Shown here piece after piece: positions 28,680 through 37,848 of a stretch of 64,000 bases of DNA. Location: contig CAXEHI010000014.1 in NCBI GenBank assembly GCA_963996465.1, positions 11,089-75,088 on the forward strand. The letters are read 5' to 3'. The position numbers and the translations under genes are program-made. The notes under the pieces are model-generated. The model searched no databases. It saw only the letters and a program-made list of their open reading frames with translations, and was not told where the DNA came from. Numbering within the stretch: the stretch's first letter is position 1; each line of letters starts with the position of its first letter. This DNA comes from an uncultured Thermoplasmata archaeon. GTDB lineage: Archaea; Thermoplasmatota; Poseidoniia; MGIII; CG-Epi1.

Positions 28680-31600
28680 ATGAATCGTAACGTTTTGCCG
28701 CTTTTAGTGTGTGCAATACTCATTTCCACTCCATTATTTATGCCTCTTTCAGAGTCATCCAAAAACGACAAAGATGTTCAAGGCTGGTGGTCTAATTATT
28801 CTAGGGATAAAGATAGGGATGGAATCAGTGATGTATTAGAATGGAAATTACAACAAGGCGATCGTTTCTTTGATTCAGATTCAGCACGGGTTTTCATAAG
28901 ATACAATCATCACCCTACAGATTCTGATATTGAAAAATTAGAAAACTTAGGAATAGATGTAACTTATCGTGCTCAATATATCGATTTAGTTGCTACTACA
29001 ATGCCTCGTAATTTGGTCTATCCAGTTTCTACTTGGAACGGCGTTGTAATGCTCGATGACATCGGTAAAGCAGTTCCACATATGAATGAAGCCGTTCCTG
29101 CAATGGGCGTAAATCAAGTTTGGGAAAATTACGGTATTTATGGAGAAGGAATTTCTATCGCTATAGTTGACACTGGGGTCGATAATGCCCATGTTGGTTT
29201 AGATGATATGGATGATAATCAGTTCACTATGGATGATCTAAAAGTTGTAGCTTATTATGATGCAGTTCAAGATAATGTAGTATGTTCACCATGCTTACCT
29301 GGTGAATCTTTAGATAGTGGTACACACGGCACTCATGTTGCAGGAATAGCTGCAGGTACTGGTGATGGGGATGCAGCACCAGACGGATCACGCCATATCG
29401 GCGTCGCACCAAAAGCTAGCTTAGTCAACGTTCTTTCATGTTGTGATGGCGATATTGAAGACATTATCAGAGGCGTCGAATGGACAATAACTAATCAAAA
29501 ACTAGTAGAACCAAATATCAGAGTTATGACATCCAGTCTCGGCGAACAACAAATCGAATTTCATATCGATAATGATGGTAGCTCTGCTTGGAGCCAAGTT
29601 GTTGATGCCGCAGTAGAATCTGGCCTCGTAGTTACTTTGAGTGCAGGTAATGAATTCGGCTCAGCTACTGCAGCCGGTTGCAACACTATTGACTCACCTG
29701 GCGATTCAAGATTACCCATAACAGTCGCTTCTCTTGACAAAGATTTGAGTTTGGCAATATATAGTTCCAGAGGTTACACTTCAGACGGAAGGGTCAAGCC
29801 AGATGTCGCTGCTATAGGAAGTAGTATCATGGCCCCTAACAAAGGTACTGGAACAGGTTACACCAGTAAGAGTGGAACTAGTATGGCTACACCTTTGATG
29901 GCAGGTATTGTAGCTTTAACTTTAGAGGCTAATCCCGATTTAACTCCAACAGAAGTTAAGGATACATTAGTTGCAGGTTATTCTATCGAACGAGAAATAT
30001 TAGATGATGATATAGATGCAGCATCCAATAATTGCTCAATTGCAGAAACTAGACCAGATAATGAATACGGGTATGGTCAGGCTGATCCAAAAACTTTCGT
30101 AGATATTTCTGGAAATATCGATGCTTCTTTGAGTATCAACTGGTCGTTAGAACCTGAATATATGTTAGTGAATGATTCTTACGTAGAGGTCAAACCAAGA
30201 ATATACAACGGAAGTTGGATTCGGGGCGTATCTGATTCTTCTGGTCAATCAGTTAGCATTGGTGTCGAAGTTCGCTTTGGCGTTGATAGTTGGTCTTTAG
30301 CAGACGATTTGTCAGATAATGGTGATTGGAGTGAGTGGCAAATCCAAGTCCCCGAACAGACCAAAAAGGGTAATCAAACATTATATGCAAGATTAGTGGT
30401 CAATTCTGAACAAATGTCTCCTATGGCATCAGCATCCGTAGTTCTTCTTAATGAATATGATACTGATGATATTGGCTCTATTTCTTCTCTTTCAGATTCA
30501 ACAATTCTTTTACTAACAGTATTATTGCTCGCTTTAACTGTCGGAGTAGGTATTCCCGTATGGAAACGTTATCAAAAATTAGTTAACAGTAGTACAGAAA
30601 ATCAAAAACAGAATGTCAATCATCTCTTATTATTTAGATCTTTAACAGATGCTGCTCAGATTGCATTACTATACTGGACGGCTATGCGTTTCTTTTTACG
30701 GGATGAGGGGGCAAGCCAATCTTTAGTTTCCGCCTATTACGGAATCGCGCTATTGGTTTTGGGCGTCAGTTTAATTTTTTGGGGTCACATAGCCGATACA
30801 TACGGTTCTAGAAGAAAAATCCTTCTTTACACCTCACTTGGCTGTACTATACTCTATCTCTTTATTCCATTTTTAGGCATATATGGTACCATTTTCATTT
30901 CTATACTTCTATTGATGCTTCATGGTTCAGGTCGTATACCTAGGGCTATCGCTTCTGAATACTATCCAAATCGTCAAGGTGAATTTAATGGCGTTTTCTG
31001 GGGAATGTTCGCTTTGATATATTCCGTAGCATACCTCGCTGCTCCATCAATATATGAATCTCTTGGTATGAATGCAATAGTCTTGTTCTGTTTATTATTG
31101 AATATTGCTGCAGCATTCTGCGCATTCCGTTTAAACGAAGTCGATATTATGGCTGGAACATTAGTTACCGACTCATCTAATCATCTCAATTTTAATGTAA
31201 ATTCTTTCTCTTTGGATTCTCTACGTTTCAAGAATTCGTGGGTTAAATGGATTTTACTAACAGTTTTCTTAATCTATATTCCTCGAGGCGTCATCGTTTA
31301 CAATGCTCCGAATTATTTTGACGATATTGGCTATGATAGGAGTTTTGTCGGTGTAATAATGGGATATTCAGTTATAGCATCTGTTATTCTTTATCCATGG
31401 CTCGGTTCCATTTGTGATCGTTTAGGAGCTTGGCAGGTACTTCTCTGGTCTGCCTTATTGTATATTCTTCTATGGGGCACTTTCAGTTCTGCTGTATCTA
31501 CTCATCTATCTGCATTTATTTTTATAATTCCCGTAATTCCATTTTTACGTACTTCTAGAGATACATTAATGTCTCAATTAACTGCCTTAGATGAACGGAG

Positions 31601-31817
31601 TAAAGGTATGGGATGGGGTGTTTTCGTAGGGACACTCGGATATTCAGTTGGCGCGTTTTTCGCATCCGCAATGTTAGGTTGGTTAGATGCCAAAGATATG
31701 GAAATTCAAATGCAATATCTTTACACGTTTAGAGCCAGTTTAGTATTTCTTTTGTTGGCTTCTGTAGTTGCATGGTGGCTAAATAAGAATACAACCAAGG
31801 AGGCTACCGTTTGGTAG
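28680..31817 (+). CDS. Fusion protein: secreted subtilisin-like serine protease (peptidase S8) joined in-frame to a 12-TM MFS-type permease
   Basis: Signal peptide, then the S8 catalytic triad contexts AIVDTGV (Asp), HGTHVAG (His) and GTSMATP (Ser) in residues ~150-400. A TM anchor (ILLLTVLLLALTVGVGIPV) follows. The last ~450 aa carry about 12 TM helices and the MFS motif-A-like GHIADTYGSRRK between TM2 and TM3. There is no stop codon between the two parts. Confidence 0.75.
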   Translation: MNRNVLPLLVCAILISTPLFMPLSESSKNDKDVQGWWSNYSRDKDRDGISDVLEWKLQQGDRFFDSDSARVFIRYNHHPTDSDIEKLENLGIDVTYRAQYIDLVATTMPRNLVYPVSTWNGVVMLDDIGKAVPHMNEAVPAMGVNQVWENYGIYGEGISIAIVDTGVDNAHVGLDDMDDNQFTMDDLKVVAYYDAVQDNVVCSPCLPGESLDSGTHGTHVAGIAAGTGDGDAAPDGSRHIGVAPKASLVNVLSCCDGDIEDIIRGVEWTITNQKLVEPNIRVMTSSLGEQQIEFHIDNDGSSAWSQVVDAAVESGLVVTLSAGNEFGSATAAGCNTIDSPGDSRLPITVASLDKDLSLAIYSSRGYTSDGRVKPDVAAIGSSIMAPNKGTGTGYTSKSGTSMATPLMAGIVALTLEANPDLTPTEVKDTLVAGYSIEREILDDDIDAASNNCSIAETRPDNEYGYGQADPKTFVDISGNIDASLSINWSLEPEYMLVNDSYVEVKPRIYNGSWIRGVSDSSGQSVSIGVEVRFGVDSWSLADDLSDNGDWSEWQIQVPEQTKKGNQTLYARLVVNSEQMSPMASASVVLLNEYDTDDIGSISSLSDSTILLLTVLLLALTVGVGIPVWKRYQKLVNSSTENQKQNVNHLLLFRSLTDAAQIALLYWTAMRFFLRDEGASQSLVSAYYGIALLVLGVSLIFWGHIADTYGSRRKILLYTSLGCTILYLFIPFLGIYGTIFISILLLMLHGSGRIPRAIASEYYPNRQGEFNGVFWGMFALIYSVAYLAAPSIYESLGMNAIVLFCLLLNIAAAFCAFRLNEVDIMAGTLVTDSSNHLNFNVNSFSLDSLRFKNSWVKWILLTVFLIYIPRGVIVYNAPNYFDDIGYDRSFVGVIMGYSVIASVILYPWLGSICDRLGAWQVLLWSALLYILLWGTFSSAVSTHLSAFIFIIPVIPFLRTSRDTLMSQLTALDERSKGMGWGVFVGTLGYSVGAFFASAMLGWLDAKDMEIQMQYLYTFRASLVFLLLASVVAWWLNKNTTKEATVW

Positions 31818-32485
31818 CTGTCGCTATTACCTTATCTGAAGATAAATATTTTGAAAAATACGCATCTTGGCTTAGAGAGATAGATATCGAACCAGTACGA
31901 ATTACCAATCCAGATTCTCTTTCCGATTTCGATATATTAGTTCTTTCAGGAGGTGGCGATTTAAGTGTCAAAACTGGAGCTTATGACCAACCAGAAAGAA
32001 CAGATTTCCCTCTTCAATTCATAAAACCTGAACGGGACGAGTTAGAAATATCTCTTCTGAATAAAGCAACAGAAAATAAGATGCCAGTTTTAGGTATCTG
32101 CAGAGGTTTGCAAATAATCAACGTATATTGTGGAGGCACACTATGGCCAGATATCAGTGAAGGTAATTTCGATATTAAATTACATAGAAAACATTCTGGT
32201 GATGATGGAGATACAGAACACGAAGTAGATTTAGTCGATTCAAATTTCAATGTAACCAGTCATCATCATCTAGCTATCCGTAAGTTAGGTACTAATCTTT
32301 CCGCAATAGGCCATAGTGAAGATGGTATAATCGAGGCAGTTAAACATACAAAATTTCCATGGTTCGCTGTTCAATGGCATCCTGAAAGAACTTCAGAGGG
32401 CATGGGCCGTTCAATACCAAAAGAATGGCTTTTACAACAAATTAGAAATATTTCAAATATCCAAGGCCCAGATAGCGTCGCTTAA
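31811..32485 (+). CDS. Class I glutamine-amidotransferase-like / peptidase C26 (gamma-glutamyl hydrolase-type) protein
   Basis: Nucleophile-elbow motif MPVLGICRGLQIINV, a conserved His (VQWHPE) near the C-terminus, and 224 aa. It overlaps the stop of the protease-MFS gene by 7 nt. Confidence 0.65.
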   Translation: MVAVAITLSEDKYFEKYASWLREIDIEPVRITNPDSLSDFDILVLSGGGDLSVKTGAYDQPERTDFPLQFIKPERDELEISLLNKATENKMPVLGICRGLQIINVYCGGTLWPDISEGNFDIKLHRKHSGDDGDTEHEVDLVDSNFNVTSHHHLAIRKLGTNLSAIGHSEDGIIEAVKHTKFPWFAVQWHPERTSEGMGRSIPKEWLLQQIRNISNIQGPDSVA

Positions 32486-32528
32486 ATACACCCCCAAATG
32501 TCCGACGTACTGTTTAGGAGCATTATAT

Positions 32529-32633
32529 TTGAAACGTAGTTCTCGTGTATGGAAGAAAAAAGGCAATCAACGTTGGAAGTGGCGCAAGAAGAAGATGCGA
32601 CGCAGAAAACGGGCAGCCAGACGTAGGAAGTAG
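32529..32633 (+). CDS. Candidate ribosomal protein L41e-like basic micro-protein (no ATG; TTG start assumed)
   Basis: The frame encodes ...KKKGNQRWKWRKKKMRRRKRAARRRK*, close to eukaryotic/archaeal eL41 ([25 protein letters not shown]). There is no in-frame ATG upstream. The closest canonical start is TTG at 32529. Confidence 0.35.
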   Translation: MKRSSRVWKKKGNQRWKWRKKKMRRRKRAARRRK

Positions 32634-32674
32634 TTTTTCAGTCGAGTTTAAAAACACCAGATGTTTAGTGTATT

Positions 32675-34288
32675 ATGCCAGTTATAACTATAGAATTCGA
32701 TGATTTGAATCGTTTACTGGCCGAGTCCATTACTCCAGATGATTTTAGAAAAAATATACCTTTGATAGGGGCAGATCCTGATTATATAGATGAAACAGGT
32801 GCCGCAGTTGAATTTTTCCCAGATAGGCCCGACTTATGTTCTACAGAAGGCGTGGCCAGAGCACTACGTCCCCTTTTAGGACAAAAACCAGGTTTAACAC
32901 AATATCCAGTTGCTAAATCAAAGACATATATGACGGTCGATCCTTCTGTTTTGGATATCAGACCAGTAATGATGAGTTGTATAGTTCATAATGTCAATTT
33001 AGATGATGCTGCTATACGTTCTTTAATAGAACTTCAAGAAAAATTACATCTCACTGTCGGTCGTAAGCGAAGAAAAGCATCGATAGGCGTTCATGATCTT
33101 TCAGATTTAACGCCCCCTTTCACCTATACATCATGTTCAAAACACGAACCAGCTTTTGTACCTCTTCATTTTGATATGGAAATGACACCAGAAGAAATAC
33201 TGACTGAGCATCCCAAAGGGATTGATTATGCTCATCTTTTGACAGATTTTAATCATTATCCAATTCTTACAGATGCCGAAGGTAATGTTGCTTCTCTACC
33301 TCCTATCATAAATGGGGCACTCACAACAGTCACAGCAGATACTAAAGACATCTTACTCGATGTCACAGGTCTCGATGAAAGGGCAGTAGAAACATGTCTA
33401 AATATCGTTGCAACTGCCTTAGTAGAAAGGGGTGGTGAAATCGAGGCTATCGAACTTCGATACCCTTCGCATAGAAAGTCGTATCCCAATCTAAAACCAC
33501 ATATTCATAAAATCGATCATCAATATCTCACAGCTATACTTGGTTGGGATCCAGGTGATGAGCTACTATCAAAATCATTTATGAGGTGTGGTATGGATTC
33601 TTCAAAAGATAAAAATATCTGGGCAGTAAGCGTTCCAGCATACCGTTCCGATTTAATTCATCCTATAGATTTGGTTGAGGAATCTGCTATAGGTTTGGGT
33701 TACGAAACCCTTCCCAAAATCTTACCCACTACGGCTAGTTTTGGAAGTGAACTAGATTCCAGAGTAATAGAAAGAAAATGCCGAGAAACTATGCTGGGTT
33801 TGGGCTTTCAAGAAGTAGTAACTTTAACTTTGAGCTCTGAAAAATCTCAATATGAAATTACAGGACGTAAAAAATCGTCCGTAACAACACTTTCAAATCC
33901 AGTTAATGAAGAATACAATATTCTCCGCCCATCTCTTTTGCCTTGTCTTTTAAACCTTCTAAAATCAAATAAACATAGAGAATTACCTCAAATGGTTTTT
34001 GAAGTCGGTTGGGTTGTTAGAAATAATCGCAACCACCTGTCTCTTTCTTGGATTGAAATAGACAGTAAGGCGCCTTTTTCAAAATTACGCGATATTTCTG
34101 ATGTTATCTGTTCTAAATTAAAATTTACTGAAACTATAATCGAAAAGTCAGATCCAATTTTTGTAGATGGCCGCTGTGCTGGTTTTGATGCAGATAATCT
34201 TTCACTAGTTTTCGGTGAATTACACCCTCGCACGTTGTCTGGCTTTGAATTGGGTTACCCAGCAATAGGCGGAGAGATTTTGTGGTAA
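32675..34288 (+). CDS. pheT: Phenylalanyl-tRNA synthetase beta subunit (archaeal type)
   Basis: 537 aa with the archaeal PheT architecture, including B3/4 and B5 regions and a C-terminal catalytic-like domain. Confidence 0.85.
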   Translation: MPVITIEFDDLNRLLAESITPDDFRKNIPLIGADPDYIDETGAAVEFFPDRPDLCSTEGVARALRPLLGQKPGLTQYPVAKSKTYMTVDPSVLDIRPVMMSCIVHNVNLDDAAIRSLIELQEKLHLTVGRKRRKASIGVHDLSDLTPPFTYTSCSKHEPAFVPLHFDMEMTPEEILTEHPKGIDYAHLLTDFNHYPILTDAEGNVASLPPIINGALTTVTADTKDILLDVTGLDERAVETCLNIVATALVERGGEIEAIELRYPSHRKSYPNLKPHIHKIDHQYLTAILGWDPGDELLSKSFMRCGMDSSKDKNIWAVSVPAYRSDLIHPIDLVEESAIGLGYETLPKILPTTASFGSELDSRVIERKCRETMLGLGFQEVVTLTLSSEKSQYEITGRKKSSVTTLSNPVNEEYNILRPSLLPCLLNLLKSNKHRELPQMVFEVGWVVRNNRNHLSLSWIEIDSKAPFSKLRDISDVICSKLKFTETIIEKSDPIFVDGRCAGFDADNLSLVFGELHPRTLSGFELGYPAIGGEILW

Positions 34289-34350
34289 AATTACCACTCT
34301 GTTTTGATGCAGGTTCTGCAGCATCTGTTTTTCGACAAGTTTTAGATGAT

Positions 34351-34686
34351 ATGAATTTATCTTATTCGAGAAAAGACGGAACTCGCAGCTATACTCGTTT
34401 TGCTGCTGTAGTGGCCCTTGAACAGTCAGCTTTTTCTTATACTTATTTAATAGATAATTCAGATATAAAATTCGAAATATGGTCAGAAGTTCCGGCTCTT
34501 TCTGGAAATATAACTTATCTCGGCTTCAATTCAGATTCTAATCCACATCTTAAAAACATATTACAAAATTACATATCTGCCCTTCCAAGAAATCCTTGGA
34601 ATTTTTCTTTTTCTCAAAAATTGAGAAACGGTTTTATTTCTCCAGGCATTTATGGCGCTAAAAGAAAGTGGAAGGAGTTTTTGTAA
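34351..34686 (+). CDS. Hypothetical protein
   Basis: The ORF runs 34282-34686 and overlaps the pheT end. The first internal Met not overlapping pheT is near 34351. No recognisable family. Confidence 0.3.
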   Translation: MNLSYSRKDGTRSYTRFAAVVALEQSAFSYTYLIDNSDIKFEIWSEVPALSGNITYLGFNSDSNPHLKNILQNYISALPRNPWNFSFSQKLRNGFISPGIYGAKRKWKEFL

Positions 34687-35910
34687 TTGAGTTTAGTCGG
34701 TGAGAAGGAAAGAACACATTTAGAGATTAACAAAACCAATAAATTTTTAAAAGAGAAATTTAGAAATTATTATGACAATGTTAAATTACACACACCTCCT
34801 AGATTCACATCCAGAGAGTGGGGCTTCTTAGGCTGGTCTGGAAAATTGATGAATCGTCATCAAAGTTTTAGATCCAAGACAGACCTCCAACAATATCTTT
34901 CTAGATATGTACCTAGACATGCATATCATTCTGTAGCATACTATAGTATACCTGATGCGCCAACGATGAAAGATAAATCTTGGCAAGGTGCAGATTTAAT
35001 ATTTGATTTAGATGCAGATCACATTCCCAATGCAAAGTCCATGCTAAAAAATCCGGACGGCTTTCAAAAATTAATGAACATAATTCAAGAACAAACACAT
35101 CGCTTAGTTGACGATTTTTTGTTAGGGGATATGGCTTTCGATCTTAAAGATTTAATGATTACTTTTAGTGGTGGAAGAGGGTATCATGTACATATCAGAG
35201 ATTCTTCAGTTCTAAATCTTTCTTCCAGTGCTAGAAGGGATATAGTCGATTATGTAACTGGTCAAGGATTAATCACATCCAATCTTCTGAAAGATACGGG
35301 TCAGGAAACAAATGTTTATGGAAATAAATTTTTCGCTCCAAATATTTCATTATATGATAAAAATGCAACCGGTTGGCAAGGTCATATTTCTAGAAAAATT
35401 CACAATTATTTAGATGAGTTATCTACCTTAGATAGGAAATCTCAACTTGATAAATTATCTACAGTTAATGGCATTACCCCTACCATGGCCAACAAAATTA
35501 AAATCTCAGAAAATAGCTCCCTAACATTCAGCAATATGTCTCGTAAAAATGGCGAACTTTCTAAAGCACAATCTTCACTTGTGAATATGGCTATTCATCA
35601 ACAATCCGTTTTTCCAGACGAGCCAGTAACAGGAGATACTCACCGTCTCATCAGACTTCCTTATTCTTTACACGGCGGTTCAGGTTTATCTGTAGTTGAA
35701 TTAGACTTAGAACATCTAAAAACTTTCAACCCATTAGAAGAAGCAACAGTTTTTGGTGATTCTATGATAAATATCAAAGCATTAAGACCTTCAAAAGTTA
35801 AAATGGGTAAAGTATATGATTTAAAGGAAGGAGAGGTGGCTTCTGTCCCAGAGAAGGTCGGTATCTACTTTATGTGTAGGGGCTTGGCTTCTTTGACTTT
35901 GAAAACATGA
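34687..35910 (+). CDS. priS: DNA primase small (catalytic) subunit PriS
   Basis: The LIFDLDADH catalytic acidic motif, SGGRGYHVHI, and an N-terminal REWGFL motif. The ORF begins with TTG at 34687, and there is no in-frame ATG before the conserved N-terminal motif. Confidence 0.75.
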   Translation: MSLVGEKERTHLEINKTNKFLKEKFRNYYDNVKLHTPPRFTSREWGFLGWSGKLMNRHQSFRSKTDLQQYLSRYVPRHAYHSVAYYSIPDAPTMKDKSWQGADLIFDLDADHIPNAKSMLKNPDGFQKLMNIIQEQTHRLVDDFLLGDMAFDLKDLMITFSGGRGYHVHIRDSSVLNLSSSARRDIVDYVTGQGLITSNLLKDTGQETNVYGNKFFAPNISLYDKNATGWQGHISRKIHNYLDELSTLDRKSQLDKLSTVNGITPTMANKIKISENSSLTFSNMSRKNGELSKAQSSLVNMAIHQQSVFPDEPVTGDTHRLIRLPYSLHGGSGLSVVELDLEHLKTFNPLEEATVFGDSMINIKALRPSKVKMGKVYDLKEGEVASVPEKVGIYFMCRGLASLTLKT

Positions 35911-36545
35911 TGTTGTGCGGTGTCGATGAAGCAGGAAGAGGTCCAGTAATCGGACCATTAGTAGTGGCGGCCGCAGCTATTGAAGATGTAGATATTCTAA
36001 ACTCTATGGGATTGAAAGATTCTAAATTACTCACGCCCACTCAACGTAAATTTTTAAATAACAAAATAAGAAAACATTGTAAATTCGCAATAGAAATAAT
36101 AGATGCTCAAACTATTGATAGTTATGTTAAAAATAACGAACTCAATAAATTGTCAATTATAGCTTTTAGCTCAGTAATATCAAAATTAAAACCAACTAAA
36201 GCAATTGTCGATTCATGTGATGTAAATCCAGAACGTTTCGCTCAAAATATTCTTAATCATTTAGGTAATGATACTGATGTAGAGGTCGATTCACATCATA
36301 AAGCTGATACATTATTTCCCATAGTTTCTGCAGCTTCTATTTTGGCTAAAGAGGTTAGAGAAAGTGAGATGCAATCAATAAAAGAAGAGATAGGGGATTG
36401 TGGTAGTGGTTATCCGTCTGATCCAAAAACCATAGCATTTCTGTCAAAACATTGGCAGAAATCAAGAAGCTGGCCACAATATATACGGCAAGAATGGAAA
36501 ACCATCAAACGTTTCAATACCTCTACACTTGATGATTTTGATTAG
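35907..36545 (+). CDS. rnhB: Ribonuclease HII
   Basis: The N-terminal GVDEAGRGPVIGPLVVAAAAI motif carries the RNase HII catalytic DE. 212 aa, with a 4-nt overlap with priS. Confidence 0.85.
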   Translation: MMLCGVDEAGRGPVIGPLVVAAAAIEDVDILNSMGLKDSKLLTPTQRKFLNNKIRKHCKFAIEIIDAQTIDSYVKNNELNKLSIIAFSSVISKLKPTKAIVDSCDVNPERFAQNILNHLGNDTDVEVDSHHKADTLFPIVSAASILAKEVRESEMQSIKEEIGDCGSGYPSDPKTIAFLSKHWQKSRSWPQYIRQEWKTIKRFNTSTLDDFD

Positions 36546-36548
36546 ATT

Positions 36549-36899
36549 ATGAATGAAGCCGAATTATTAGCAGTCGTTGAGGAAAAAATTACACTCTTCA
36601 ATGATAAAGTAAAAGAAGATTCAGATTTTGCAGAAATCATAGGCACTAGTGATCGCACAGTCTCTATTTCAATCTCTGATGGAGATAATTATATTTGCGA
36701 ACTCAAAGATGGAGTTTTATCACCCGTTTCAAAATCTGACGCCCCAGTTACTTCGGATATTTCGTTAGAAAGCGATTTTGAAACTATAGGTGCTATTTTG
36801 AACAATGAAATGTCTCCGATGAAAGCCTATGTAAAACAAAAATTGAGTGTAAATGCCAGTTTTAGAGATTTAATGCTTTTACGACAATTATTATCGTAA
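36549..36899 (+). CDS. SCP2 (sterol-carrier-protein-2)-like domain protein
   Basis: 116 aa with an SCP2-like pattern and length (…ISISDGDNYICELKDGVLSPV…FETIGAILNNEMSPMKAYVKQKLSVNASFRDLMLL). Confidence 0.5.
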   Translation: MNEAELLAVVEEKITLFNDKVKEDSDFAEIIGTSDRTVSISISDGDNYICELKDGVLSPVSKSDAPVTSDISLESDFETIGAILNNEMSPMKAYVKQKLSVNASFRDLMLLRQLLS

Positions 36900-36901
36900 T
36901 A

Positions 36902-37652
36902 TTATTTTAATTTTATTATTTCATTTGCTAACTGAGCAATCTCTTCCGGTTTCAGAACTTCCCCTCTCAAATCCATAAATGGCAATTTTTCTATTTCAAG
37001 ATTTTCAAAACCAGTTTTTAGTGCATTTTTTAGCGTTTTTCTTCTATGTGTAAAAATCGCCCGAACTACTTTATCGAATACTTCCAAATCTTTTACTCCA
37101 TAATCTGGTATTTCCCTCTTCAATTCAACAACTACGGAATGTACTTTTGGCTGAGGCAAGAACATATTTCTACTTACTCTGAAAAGTTTCTTACATTTCA
37201 CATGCATAGAAGCCATCACAGTCAATCTTCCATACTGCTTAGTTCCATGCGTTGCTATCAATCTGTTTGCAAATTCTTCTTGAAACATAATTATAGCTCT
37301 ATCCCACTCTGATTCAAATAATCTAAAAAGAAGAGGAGATGATATCGAATAAGGTATGTTAGAAACGATGACATCTATGTTTGGAATATCAACTTTCATA
37401 ATATCGCCCTCAATTATCTTAATATTTTCTCCTCTAAGACGTTGCTTCATCACCGTGTATAACCATTTATCCTTTTCAACAGCCGTTAAACTTTTCCCCA
37501 TTCTTGCCAATCTTTCTGTTAAAATTCCTCTCCCCGGTCCTATCTCCAATATATCTTCATCATCAGTTATCTCTGCTGCATCAACTATACGTTGTGCAAT
37601 TTTCTCATCAACTAAAAAATTCTGGCCTAAGGCTTTTCTCCGTTTGTAGGAT
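36902..37652 (-). CDS. ksgA: 16S rRNA (adenine-N6,N6)-dimethyltransferase KsgA/Dim1/RsmA; the 5' end is unresolved
   Basis: KALGQNFLVD and EIGPGRGILTERL SAM-binding motifs. The ORF-track start (37708) lies inside the tRNA-Val gene, and no ATG/GTG/TTG exists in frame between the tRNA 3' end and the GQNFL motif, so the true start is unclear. Confidence 0.8.
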
Positions 37653-37728
37653 TGGTGGGCCGGGGCGGAATCGAACCGCCGATCTTCGCCTTGTAAGGGC
37701 GACGTCATAACCCCTAGACCACCGGCCC
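37653..37728 (-). tRNA. tRNA-Val (anticodon UAC), CCA encoded
   Basis: Hand-folded cloverleaf: acceptor GGGCCGG/CCGGCCC (7 bp), anticodon stem TCGCC/GGCGA with loop CTTACAA, T-arm GGCGG-TTCGATT-CCGCC, discriminator A plus CCA. It stands out as a GC-rich island in AT-rich DNA. Confidence 0.85.
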
Positions 37729-37815
37729 AATCTTAAGTTAACCCCTAAGTCTAGTTCTGTTCTGTATCTGTTATTAGCATAGTACCTATTAATATTACAT
37801 TCGTTGTTTTTTGGT

Positions 37816-37827
37816 TAATTATTTATC
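37816..37827 (+). promoter_or_regulatory. Candidate TATA box for pckA
   Basis: TTAATTATTTAT lies about 25-33 nt upstream of the pckA ATG at 37849. Confidence 0.3.
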
Positions 37828-37848
37828 CCTGTCGCTAGTCCCACATGC

